Shown here: positions 27,031 to 39,564 of the stretch, piece after piece | Layout of the letters: every line of letters starts with the position of its first letter | How positions within the stretch are numbered: the stretch's first letter is position 1 | From: Octopus sinensis | Taxonomy: Eukaryota | Length of the DNA stretch: 64,000 nt | Direction of reading: 5' to 3' | Assembly (NCBI RefSeq): GCF_006345805.1 | Contig: NC_043004.1 | Coordinates: 20,956,001 to 21,020,000 of the forward strand | Notes under the pieces: generated by a model | What the model was told of the DNA's origin: nothing | Databases searched by the model: none | Seen by the model: the letters and a program-made list of their open reading frames with translations, nothing else | Translations under genes and position numbers: made by a program

Positions 27031-27302
27031 GTAGGAAAGTAGGTAGGTAGGTACGTATCTTCTAATTAACTTCTGTGTATGTGTGTGACTGTGTGTGTGC
27101 ATGAACATTTGTGTGTCTATCTAGCTAGCTAGATAGATGGACATACACACACACACACACACACAAAAGTTAATTAGAGGATATATTAACTTCTTAAAGG
27201 GATGATTACATCCGAGAAAACACTGGTTCGATACCTTATGTTTTTGAGAAATGAAATTTCCCTACATCAATAGGTATATATTAATTATATAATTTGTATT
27301 AT

Positions 27303-27638
27303 ATTAAGAGAAGAAAATGGAGAATTCGTGTTCAATATCTATTTATCAATGAATTGATGATCATTTCTTCCTACAGCTGTTTCTATTTATAGTCATTTAA
27401 TAAATTACAAATTTATGCATTAAGTTATGAACAAAATATCATTAGGGAAAAGTTAGATATTAAAAATTACATGCTGACCTATCTGTTCAATCTTTTGCTC
27501 ATAACTTATAAATGCAAATTTAATGCATAAATTTGAAATCTATTAAATGTGTATAAATGGAAACAGTTGTAGGAAGAAATGATTATCAATTTATTAATAA
27601 ATATTAACCACTAAAATCTCCATTTTCTTCTCTTATTT
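27303..27638. repeat. Inverted repeat (about 125-bp arms), each arm carrying an HHR 3' half
   Basis: 27303-27430 matches the reverse complement of 27515-27638; GAAAcag(c/t)tgTAggaag in both arms. Confidence 0.8.
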
Positions 27639-27661
27639 TAAATATGGATTATATATATATA

Positions 27662-27990
27662 TACGAGAAGGTACCCAAAAGTGACTGGCATTTTGCAATA
27701 TTATTTTATTCACTTAGTTTTACATGTTTACACTTTTATCCCCTTCAAAGAATCCTCCATTTGAAGCAATGCATCGGTCCAGACACTGTTTGAAGCAGTC
27801 CTGGAACTCTTGCGGAGTGATGCCTTTTAATGCCTCCACCGTCTTTTTCTTCACCTCTTTCACATTTGCAAATTCTGCAGCACCAGCTTTCATTACCAGT
27901 AATGACCTTTGAAACAAGGTTCGGATCAACTTCCAACTTACCTTTCAGTTCACAACACACATTCAGTTGTGAGAGGAGTGCAAAACTGTC
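27662..27990 (-). mobile_element. Internally deleted mariner transposon
   Basis: DPNLVSKVITGNESW (first catalytic-D motif) joined to the C-terminus EVKKKTVEALKGI...CF..LDRCIASNGGFFEGDK; TIR-like tacgagaaggtacccaaaagt. Confidence 0.8.
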
Positions 27991-29986
27991 TGTTCAAGGG
28001 AACACCTATATGCTGATGATCTAATTTCCATACATGAATTTATCAGAGAATTAAAGAGGAAATTCTAGTCAGAGAAAGTGAGATTATGCAAGCACAATAT
28101 GTGTATGCATAACAATACCCACCCAAATTTTCTTCTCAAGATATGCCTATATTTCCCTAACTGCACCTTTCTGCTACTATAATTAAATGTGAACAGAATT
28201 GCATCCCTCAGCTTTTCCCTGATACCATTTGTTCCTCTTACATGAAACCATTTTACTGTTATTCATTTTTCATTCATAATGCTCTATTCGCTAACCACAT
28301 TTTATGTTGATCATTCTCCTGAACAGTCAAACTGCCTCTCCTTCACCACTATATGTTTCTCCCTTCTCCATTCACTAAGTCTTCTCACACTTTTACAACC
28401 TATCTAGCACATGTCACCTTCCTCTCCCCCTTTTGCCCATCCATTCTCTTTATTTACTTGTCCACTATGTCATTTTTATTATTACTATCCTGCTTTTGCT
28501 TTCTCAGCACCACCACACTCTGTTTTCTGTACTGTCAGTCACTTCTTCTCTCCCAACTCTCAAACTTACCTCTTACTTCCCACAATCCTACAATTCTCAT
28601 CAAATCAACTGACTCTCCTACCTTCCCTACTTATCCTCCCTCAAACACATCATAATAATCACCCTTTCATTCATTCCCTGTCCCCAACCATCTCCAACTC
28701 AATCCACCTATACTTTCTATTTTCTTTTCTCCATTCACTTCTACTCACCTTGTGTCTTGAGAGTCTACTTTTCATCATCTTTCAGAGCCATCGTTGCCAT
28801 GCCCACCCTCTCCTTTATAATGTGAATAACTATGTAACAAACCTATTTTGGCCCCTCCTCTCTCACTTTAAAATCCTCATCTCCTAGCATAAGGCTGCTG
28901 GTCTCTCTACAGTAGTGCCATTCATTTAAAAGGGATTTTAGTTTTGCAGGCTGCATGGCAGCCTCACTTGTGCTGGTTCCATGAAAAAAGCACCCAGTAC
29001 TTGCTGTATAGCTGTTGGCGTTAGGAAAGACATCCATCCATCAAAACCATGACAAAAGCAGATATTTAGTACATGATGAAGTCATAGACCCGATGAATCC
29101 TGTTAGACCATCCAACCCATGATAGTATGGAATATGAAACTCAATGAGAAAATCAGTTTTAGAACTGCAGATTATGGCAAAACTGTATGAAGTGCAAAGC
29201 TTTCATAATGCAGGGGAGATGTCTATGAATATGAATGCATACTCACACACACATGTGTACGCACATATACATTTGTTTATATATGTGTGTATATATATGT
29301 ATGCATGTATATACAAACATATATACATATACATACATACACACACACATGTGTAATTCAGTTTTATTTACTGATAAAAAAACATTCGAAGAATGAAGTA
29401 TAAATGCTAAACTAATTCAAGATTTCTACAATAATCTAAAAACACATGAAAGGCAGGAACATCTGATGTACAAACGGCATTATTGAATATACCCAATGCA
29501 ATTTTCCTAATTCAATTTTCAGCAGAGAAGTTCAAAACTGTATAGAATTGATATTTTACAGATGTTAACAGTGGAGACTGAGGATGGTGCAGAGAGATCT
29601 GTGTTCATGAATAATATGTACAACAATGAGAAAAATATTTGGAAAGAAAACCATATTACGCTGTAAAATAAATGGTATATAAAAAGAAAGCAAAAAATCA
29701 GTAACGGATCAATAATTATTTAAATTACAACATTCAGTGTTAACAAAGGAAATCTCAACAGACAGATTTCTAAGTCAATTAAAATAACCAGTCTTGTGCA
29801 CATTCACTAACATAAAATATATACACACACTCATCCATACACACAATCATAACATATATAGATGCATAGAAAACATGTGAACACAAAAGTGTATGTTTGT
29901 GTGTGTGTGCATGTATGTATATATATATATCTATATATCTATATGTATGTATATATATATATCTATATATCTATATGTATGTATAT

Positions 29987-30033
<47 letters not shown>

Positions 30034-30519
30034 GTATGTATATGCATATATGTATAAAATCAGTGTACATGTGTGTATGTATAATATATTTATATAAATA
30101 TATGTATGTATGTATGTATGTATATTCACTTATACACATGATTTTGTATGTAAATCTATATACATAAAATAGCCACTAATGTATCATACTTAATGTATAT
30201 ACACAATTGATAGGCTGGTTACTATGGTATTCTTCTTAAGATTACATTTCTTATGGACATGCTGTGTTAAAAGCAATAAATATTATAGTGATACAAAAAA
30301 GCACTCCAGCAGCAGCCAGTGAGAACACCGGATGCACTTTGACTCTTTCAGTCCTTTTCAATGACTTGTACTTGCAACAAACCACATGCTTGCATGAGAA
30401 ATCATCACCTCAAGAATAGGAAACAGTGAATTAATCATTCACTGACGTTGTGAATAGCTGCTTAGCTGAAGAAAATCCAGAATAGACCAGTTGAAGCAGT
30501 ATTAAATTAATACATTGTT

Positions 30520-31330
30520 GTTAGCAAGGAAGTGGATAAGTTTCTCTTTGTAATACGTAAATAGCCCTACCCATCATATAGGAAAGGTGTTGGAAGGAAT
30601 TTCATTTGTTGCACCCAGTGCAAGCTATGGACACATAATAGGTGTAGTGGAATCACAGGTGGGTTAACAGAGAAGGTCATCTTTGTGTGTGGCAAATGTG
30701 CAAGAATAATAAGCAGGAAGAACACATGGGAATCAGACTCTCCCAAATCCCCAGAATGTTCCTTTGAGGCTGCAAATAGGTTCTGTTACCCAGGTGACCA
30801 TACTAACAGTGGTGGAGGTTGTTCTGAAAGGATTGTTGTTAGAATAAGAGTAGGATGGAGGATGTTCAGAGAGTTATTATCTCTTTTAGTAGCAAAAGGC
30901 CTCTCTCCAGAGGAAAAAGGCAGATTGCATGATGCTTGTGTTCAAATGGTGATGCTCCATTGTAGTTAGACATGGGCCCTGAATGAAGATAAGATGCATA
31001 GACTGGAGAGGAATGAAGATTATATGCTCCGACAGATGTGCAACATCAATGTTCATGCATGACAAAGTGTAAATGTGTCCTGAGAGAAAAGTTGGGCATA
31101 AGAGGAATCAGATGCAGCAAGCAAGAGACATTGGTTTAAACATGTGATGTGTATGAATGAAGGCAGTTGAATAAAGAAGTGCCAATTGCTTAAAGTGGAT
31201 GGCACGTGTGGAAGATGACACCCAGGAAGACACGAGATGAGGTAGTGAGGGCTGATCTTAAGATGCTGGGCTTCACAAAAGGGATGACAATGGACTGAGA
31301 TGTTTGGCAATGTGAGGTTCTTGAGAGAAC
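30520..31330 (+). mobile_element. Degenerate RTE LINE 3' part
   Basis: FCYPGD...GGGCSE.IV.RIRVGW.MFRELL.LL..KGLS...KGRL.DACV. Confidence 0.85.
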
Positions 31331-32115
31331 CTGCCCATCTCAGTAAAACTGAGTTCTGGAAATACTGGGTATTCCACCCACATATAATATCTATTTACAC
31401 AACCTACCCCAATGAACTAAACTACACCTCTTATTCATACACTATGCTTATCTCGCCCTCTCCACTTCTGCAGCCCAAGACCACTCTGTCATCTCTTTCC
31501 TGTCCTCACCCTGCCAACTGTAACATTGCTATCTTGTGTGCATGCAATCCCATATACTTGTGTTTTCCCTCTCACTGCATTTCCCCTTTTTCTCCCCTTT
31601 TCCCTTTTGCCTTTCATGAACTCTCTGCTTATGCACCCTGGGCAGTCCTCTACCATTCCAATTATTGCCACAATCTTGTACATTGAGGTTATGTCCAGCC
31701 ACCATCTCTCTCTCATCCTCTCTTGGTTCTTACTCTCAATCTCTCCTACTCTTCCTCCCACTTTCTCTCTCTCCTTACTACTTGGGTAACCCCATATATC
31801 ATCTACAGCAAAAAACTGTTTCTTTTCCTCTGTCATACTCTAACTTCTCATCAGCTGGAACAAAGCCACCTCCCACAATACCCAACCACATCTCTGTCAA
31901 GGGTAGATATCTTTGTTTTGCAATTTTCAAGGGTGTTGATGCCACATAAAAACCACCCGATGCACTCTGTAATGAGACTGGTGTTAGGAAGGGCATCTAA
32001 CTGTAAATAACTATGCCAAAGTAGACAGTAGAGGTTGATTAATTATCCCCTGTTATACTGTCAAACCCATGCCAGCATGGAAGATGGGTTTTAAATGTTG
32101 ATGTGTGTGTGTGTG

Positions 32116-32163
<48 letters not shown>

Positions 32164-32455
32164 TATATATATATGCACATATATATACACACATATATAT
32201 ATATACACACACACACATATATATATATATACACATGCACACACACATTTATATATACAATGAACTTTCATTTCAGGCTGACAAATCCACTTGCAAGGCT
32301 TTGATTGACCTGAGGTGATAGTAGAAGACACTTGTCCCAGGTGCCATGCTGTGGGACTGAACCCATATTCATGTGGTTGGGAAGCAAGCTTCTTATCACA
32401 CAGCTACATACATATATATGCATATATATATATTTGTGTGTACATACATACATAC

Positions 32456-32524
<69 letters not shown>

Positions 32525-32541
32525 GTATGTATGTATGTACC

Positions 32542-32769
32542 AATAATAAATCTCTGAGCGAGATGTAAACAGTAGCAGCACGGAATCGGGAAGTATATTT
32601 GCCACCTAAATGTGGCAGACCCATAGGGTGTGGTGCTACTGTTATTTATAGCTCCAGGAGGACATCTCCTCCAGCTGGATAATGACATGCTGTCTCCAAT
32701 TAGTATTTGCGAAGGGAATTTATGATTCCGTGCTGCTACTGTTTACATTTCGCTCAGAGATTTATTATT
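32542..32769. repeat. 46-bp inverted repeats enclosing an inverted copy of the adjacent element end
   Basis: 32542-32587 matches 32724-32769 (1 mismatch); the insert 32590-32718 is the reverse complement of 32945-33079. Confidence 0.9.
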
Positions 32770-32861
32770 ACTTGTTTCTCCTTTTTCAAGATCAGCGACA
32801 GTTTGTCACTGGAAAAACCAGATAGTATTTTGCGTTTGGAATGAGTTTTCATCACTAGCTG

Positions 32862-32920
32862 GTGATTATCATACACTAATGATGGGTTACTACCCAGAAA
32901 CCCGGGTCTGTGCATATCAC
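32862..32920 (+). ncRNA. Minimal type-I hammerhead ribozyme motif (G5A in this copy)
   Basis: gtgat..taca-CTAATGA-TGGGT-tact-ACCCA-GAAA-CCCGGG-TC-tgtg..atcac; GUC site, palindromic stem III. Confidence 0.75.
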
Positions 32921-33086
32921 TTAAGGCTAGAGATGGGAATGATGATTTTCCTTCACAAATACTAATTAGACACAGACAGTGTGTCGTTAGCCAGCTGGAA
33001 GTGATGTCCTCCTGGGGCTATAAACAACAGTAGTATCGTACCCTATGGGTCCACCACATTTAGGTAGCAAATATACTTCACAATAT

Positions 33087-33139
<53 letters not shown>

Positions 33140-33182
33140 ATATATGTGTGTGTGTGTATATATATATATGTGTGTGTATGTG

Positions 33183-33217
<35 letters not shown>

Positions 33218-33220
<3 letters not shown>

Positions 33221-34070
33221 AATAAAAAATGGAGTTAACGCAGGTTTAAACAAGTATTTTTTCTTTCTACATATGTTTCAAAAATTCCACTGATACTTAT
33301 TCAAAAGAATAAAAGGTATAAACAATGCAATCTTCTCTTCGGGAAAGGGAAAAAACGAAACTTGTCAATACGACATTTTAGCAAAAAATGATGGATTCGT
33401 ATAGCGATAGACAGAACGCTATTAATATTGTTTAAAAAAACGTTATATGATATAACGTCATAAGTAGCTAACAGAAAGAGTAGGGATATTAATAGTGAAT
33501 GTTAAATATAAAGGAAATTAAAGTCTAAACTATATATAATGATAGAGACTACTTATATGCACTAAAAGTATGTTTTTGCCAATGCTTACATCTGTATGCT
33601 CGTTCTATAACCGTGTTTACTAGAGTATTTTTAGAAAAAATAATGAAAAATAGCTCAGAATTGCAGAGAAGACAGAATTTCTTGCCTTTGTCATATGGTA
33701 TCGAAATTGAGAGGATCAACCATTCCAAATGAAATTGTTCATTGTGGTCTTTTAAATTCCAAATCAGTTTGCTGAGACCGGTACTATTCCGTTTATTTCT
33801 ATCCCTAAATGTTGAGTAATGGATAGAAATTCTCTTAGATAACTCTAATGATGTGCTTCCAATGTAAAATTGTACTTTATTACGAGTACTGATTATACAC
33901 TGGTATATAGAAATTTTAATCTTAGAGTTACTTGATATAAATTTAATTCTATTGGGATTGACTTCAGATACAATAACCTTGTTATTAATATTTCTAGAGG
34001 GTTGGATGCTGTCCTGGTAACTATTCATTCATTTATCCGTGTTAAATGTTAACAAGGTAAAATACACTCA
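33218..34070 (-). mobile_element. 5'-truncated Penelope-like (Naiad-like) element with GIY-YIG endonuclease, between (TA)n tracts
   Basis: ORF 33549-34028 IYQC...FYIGST...RIS.HYSTF...STGLSK.IW.LK...W.IL....PY....CLLCNSE...N...E...CKH. Confidence 0.85.
33263..33347 (-). ncRNA. Hammerhead-like motif with CCGAAGA core at the PLE 3' end
   Basis: CTTTC-CCGAAGA-long imperfect stem II-GAAA-CATATG-TA-GAAAG. Confidence 0.6.
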
Positions 34071-34382
34071 TCTATATATATATATATATATATATATACA
34101 TTTATCATATGATCTGCAGCTGAATCTGTTTTTAAGGAGGTCGCTTCAATAGTTGCATTTCCCTCGTGTTCAGTACACTGTATTTATTATGGTAGTTTTG
34201 ACTTTAAGAGTCCCTCATAGCATGAGGCATTTATGTATAGTAATGCCCTTAATATAAATAAATATATTTAAAGGGAATAATTAAAAATTTTTCCCTTATG
34301 AGGTTTTTCACATGGACTGCTTGATAAATTCTGATAAAGATTTTATCCTATTTTTAAACACATATATATATGTGTATATATA

Positions 34383-34423
<41 letters not shown>

Positions 34424-35469
34424 ATATATATATATACACACACACACACGTATGTATGTGAATTATAGCAAAAGTCTAAAGGATGTTTGGTTGTACCTGG
34501 ATCATATTTGAAGCTGTCTAGCCAATACTAGTATTGGTTTCATATATATTTTCTTAATTACAAATTCTGTTGTGGTAAAAACTTTAGAGGATTCTTATCA
34601 AGTCTGTCGTATTGAAAATATTCAAATAGAAATGTTTTCATATAAATTCATGAGCAAAACCAACATGGTGTCCTCCCAGTCACACACATGTGGTCTATCT
34701 TCTTCTCACAAACATACAATATCCACACTCACATACACTGTCTCTTTCATACATCCATACAGTACACACACTCACACAAACACACACACATATACACACT
34801 CTTGCACACATGCAGACTCTTTTTCTCTCTCGCACTTTCTCTGTCTTTTCTCACAAAGATACCTTTAGCACACAGTTTGTTTTATTGTTGTTGACATTTG
34901 TCATGGTTTCTGCATAATCACCATTGGCCTTTCACGTTCTTGATTTGTTTTGACTTGAAAGATAATACATGCCAAGTATCATAAATATTTTGTTAATAGT
35001 TACAGTTTAAATTTTTTCGCTATTCTAATTTCATTCTTTTGACTTCTTTTTATCAAGTCTAGAAGTCTTGAAAATATTCAAATAGAACTTTTACATACAA
35101 TTCATTTCAATTTTTATAATATTTACATTTCAAATTTTCACTATTGTTTCAATAGAATTTTAAACACACACACATACACTCACACACACAGTTTCTCTCA
35201 CATACACATATAGCACTCACACACGTATCCTCTTTCCACACATACTTCTATAGTGCTCATGCAAACACACATACATATTTTAAACTACTAAGAGGAACAG
35301 TTATCTTTCTACTTTAATATGGAAAGCATTATCAATATCCTCTCACACAAATCATTCATATTCACAATTTTTTTCAGGCGTTTAACTGATTACTATTATT
35401 TGCATAATTCCAGTTAAAGAAGTTCAGATGTTAGATTAAATAGAAATATATATTTTTACGTTTATATAT

Positions 35470-35820
35470 TTGTTGTGCAAGATTTTTTATGTGAAATCGT
35501 GTGTTGAAACATATATTGTTGTATTTAAGAATGGTCATTTTGCCAGTTTAGTCTATAAAAACACACGCACTATAAATTTGGTGTTACTTTGCTTCAGGGT
35601 TGTTTATTTTTTACATTAATCTTAATCTTATTTCAGCCAGAGTTCTTTCGTCACACTCCTGTGACCGCATCAGTGGACCTTTGCTTTCTTCTTTCTTATT
35701 TGTGTGTCTTTCCTTACTAACCATCAGCCATTTTGTATTTCTATTGAATGTAACACCAAATATATAGTGTGTGTGTTTTTATTAGCTAAACTGGCAAAAT
35801 GACCATTCCTAAATTCAAAA
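35470..35820. mobile_element. PLE-terminus-like repeat with inverted arms and an HHR (35637-35678, minus)
   Basis: Arms about 35520-35588 and 35747-35815 are reverse complements; minus strand cca-CTGATGC-g-GTCAC-aggagt-GTGAC-GAAA-gaac-TC-tgg. Confidence 0.7.
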
Positions 35821-36363
35821 ATATATATTTGTTTGGGAGATTTTCTTATGGTAGAGAAATAGCTAGTTTTAACTGCTATTTCTAAATTTTCGGTATGTGG
35901 TGAAGCAAATTTTTTGCTGAACCCTAATTATAATTATACCCATAATTATAAACATTTTTGTTTAAGTTTACCGATAATGGTTCTTTTAACATACTGAACT
36001 ACTTGGTAAAATTATTAATTAATTAATTAATTTTACCCTTTATTATTATAGAAATATATATATATATATAACAGAAGTGTTAAGGCCACTCACTCTGGTG
36101 AAGGGGATTAGCCTGCAAGAGTTGTGTGCCAGTGCCATGTAAGAGCACTCATGTGGTGCCATGTTAAAAGCACCCAACACACACTGTAAAGTGGTTGGCA
36201 TCAGGAAGGGTATCATGCAGTAGAAACTAACCCAAATCAGACTAAAACTTGGTGCAGATCTCTAGATCGCCAACTCTGGTCAAACTGTCCAACCCATGCC
36301 AGCATGGAGGATTGACATTAAAGGATGATGATGATGATGATATCTCTCTCTCTTTCTTTCTTT

Positions 36364-37307
36364 CTGAGGGGAAGTCAAAACTTATCCACACGTTCGCCAT
36401 AACATATCTTTATTATTGTCACACTGCCTTCTGTGCATGCATGCTTATAGTTGGGAATATTGTGGTCACATGATTGAAGTGATCATGCCATTTTTATTTC
36501 TGGCTTTACAGTGTAAGCATAACTGCTTCATAAGCAATGTACACCAAAGAAGAACAAAGAGCAGTGATCCAATCAAAAATATATGATCAACAGTGCGTGA
36601 TGTGCTTTGCTGGCCAACAAACTGAAGCCTGCAAAGGCAGCAAGCTGGCAGAAACGTTAGCATGCCAGGCAAAATGCTTAGCGGTATTTCGTCTGCCGTT
36701 ACATTCTGAGTTCAAATTCCGCCAAGGTCGACTTTGCTTTTCATCCTTTTGGGGGTCAATAAATTAAGTACCAGTTACGCACTGGGGTCGATGTAATCGG
36801 CTTAATTCTTTTGTCTGTCCTTGTTTGTCCCTCTATGTTTAGCCCCTTGTGGGCAATAAAGAAATAACAAACTGAAGCCTGCAATTCACACCAAATGCTG
36901 AAGTCTATTGTCAAAGAACGTTTTGTTGTTGCATGACAATGCACGCCCACACACGGTTGCCCAGACCCTTGAAACCATTAACTAATAGGGTTTGGAGGTG
37001 CTGGAACTCCCAGCCTACAGCCCAGATCTCATCCCTTCCAACTACCATACCTTTGGACTGCTCAAAGATGGTTTACAAAGTTGTCAATTTCCTATGGATG
37101 AAGATGTGAAGGAAGCAGTGCATAAATAGTTGCACACCCAATCGGAAACCTTCATCTTGGAGGGAATACACAAGCTTGTGAACCACTGGAGCAAGTGCAT
37201 CGGAAAGGAAGAAGACTATATAGAAAAATATTGCACTTATTTATCCCCAGCATTTGTGTGAATACATTGAAAAAACAAGAGTACATATAACTTTTGACAC
37301 ACCCTTG

Positions 37308-37309
<2 letters not shown>
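36364..37309 (+). mobile_element. Internally deleted mariner transposon pseudogene
   Basis: TKEEQRAVI; LLLHDNARPH; PAYSPDLIPSNYH.FG.LK; W.KCI...DYIEK; imperfect TIRs ending in TA. Confidence 0.9.
36635..36865 (+). mobile_element. Young SINE family A inserted in the mariner
   Basis: 19-bp TSD aacaaactgaagcctgcaa at 36616-36634 and 36866-36884; CpGs retained. Confidence 0.93.
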
Positions 37310-37338
<29 letters not shown>

Positions 37339-37354
37339 ATATATATATATATTA

Positions 37355-37810
37355 TTTTATTCTTTTACTCTTCTACTTGTTTCAGACATTTGACTGCAGC
37401 TAGGCTGGAGCACTGCCTAAAAGGGTTTTTAGTCAGAAAATTGACCTTAAGACTTATTCTTTATAAGCCTGGTACTTATTATATTTGTCTCTTTTTCTGA
37501 ACTCCTAAGTTATGGGGATGTAAACACCCCAACATCGGTTGCCAAGCGATGGTAGGGAGAAACACAGACACAAGACAAAGACACACACACATTAACATAT
37601 ATATATGTGTGTTTGTGTGTGTGTGTGTTTGTATATGTATGTATATATGTATACGACTGTCTTCTTACAGTTTCCGTCAACTAAATCCACTCACAAGGCT
37701 TTGGTTGACCCGTGGCTATAGTAGAAGACACTTGCCCAAGGTGATATATTGTGGAACTGAATCTGCAATCATGTGGCTGGGAAGCAAGCTTCTTACCATG
37801 CAGCCACGCC
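37355..37810 (-). mobile_element. SINE family B, full length
   Basis: Reverse complement of the 54338-54765 type. Confidence 0.85.
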
Positions 37811-37844
37811 TGGTACTTATGCATATATGTATGTATAAGTACCA

Positions 37845-38050
37845 TGATTCCCTTTTAACAACCTTCAATATATTTATATTAGCCAGTACACACATTTTTT
37901 CTCTCCTTGTTTTTTTCTGTGTCCCTTTCTGTAGAAGAGCGTAGGCTCAAAACGTAAAAGACTTTCTATTCCTGAACGTTATACTAATACATCTGTTTGT
38001 TTTGTACACCACCTGTCTTCGTCTTTTGTTTTTTTCGTAAACTCTCCCTC
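37845..38050 (+). mobile_element. Short repeat with a variant hammerhead (37925-37960); copies at 47520-47695 and 49680-49830
   Basis: cttt-CTGTAGA-a-GAGC-gtag-GCTC-(A)AAA-CG-TA-aaag; the 49.7-kb copy retains GAAA; all copies adjoin TA-type microsatellites. Confidence 0.7.
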
Positions 38051-38168
38051 TCTCTATATATATATGTGTATGTATGTATATGTATGTATGTATATGTATA
38101 TGTATGTATATATATATGTATATATGTATATGTATGTATATATATGTGTATATGTATATGTATGTATA

Positions 38169-38207
<39 letters not shown>

Positions 38208-39051
38208 AGAGGGAGAGAGAGAGAGAGATAAATAGATATATAGAGAGTGTGCATCTATAAATATGTATGAATGCAGGCATATATAATATAAATGTTTATA
38301 TATCTATATGTTGTAAATATATAAAATAGGTTGACTAATAGGAATATTTATTGCAGTATTTTAAATGAAAATATTTGCAAAGTTAGCATTTTTGATGTAT
38401 ATATATATATATACAATTTTTTTTTTAGCAGTACAAGTCATCACATTTAGAACTTTGCTGTTGAAGACTCATACACCTGGTGCCTGTATAGCTGTATAGA
38501 CTGAAATATTCAAAACGTACACAGACACATGTATTTGTAATGTGTGTGTGTGTGTGTGTGTATACACACATACACATGTAAAATGGGTAGGAGATAAAAA
38601 TAATGGGAAGGAGATAGAAACAGGCATATACATATGCATATGTATTGCATGTGTATGTTTGACTCTCTTTCTCTTAGTGTCTCCCTCCGCTCTCACTATA
38701 TGTGTGTGTGTGTGTGTGTCATTTCATCTATCATAATTGCAGGCTATAAAATGGTGTGTGTGTGTGTGTGTGTGAGTGCGAAATTATGAAATATGAATGC
38801 TCTTAAGTACTAAATTGTAATTTTTCATTTTATAAACCTCCAGGAAATATTTCCACTTAGAAGTGTTCTGCTAAAATATCATCATCGCTGAGAAAGTAAC
38901 TATAATTTCCTCATTTCATTCTGGTATCAGTTTTAGAAGATGAACTCTGGCCATGCTGGGGTACTTCTTTTAACAATTTTATTTCATTATATTGAGCCCT
39001 GGACACTTACAGGTACACATCGCATTGTGTCCATCACATATGAAACAGATA

Positions 39052-39564
39052 TCTATATATGTAAAACTGTAGTTGTGTGAGTGTCTGTCCCCTTCGATTT
39101 AGATTCCTAACTACTCCCACATTTTGCGGTGCAGTTTAACCAAATTTGGGTATCTTATAGTCGTGATTAATATCGAGCCTGTCTGAGTATTAGCGCGCAT
39201 CAACGATGAGTCTACGATTTTAAAAATAATTTAACATCATTTTTTATTCCATTTTAATGCATAATTTTTCGTGTGCCGATGGCGGCGGAGTTGGCGTCCA
39301 TGGTCACACCTGCACCTGTTTGCTTCTCCCCCTTCTTCCCTCCCTCGTGAAGCTGTGGGGAAGGGAGTGTAAGGAAATCAACGTCGTAAAGCATTGTCAA
39401 GGAGACCAGCGTTCTTTTAGAACAACGACTTCATGGCTTGAAGACACCAAAACAGAAATGGCTAAGAAAGCCTGAATTGGCATCTATAAGGGAAGTAACT
39501 CTCTAAAAATGCTTATATAGTTATTTCCCTTACAAACCCGAGCAACGCCGGGCGATACTGCTAG
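39052..39564 (+). mobile_element. Non-autonomous Helitron
   Basis: 5' TC, 3' CTAG, subterminal hairpin cccgagcaacgccggg (39537-39552), inserted between A and T, no TSD. Confidence 0.88.
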
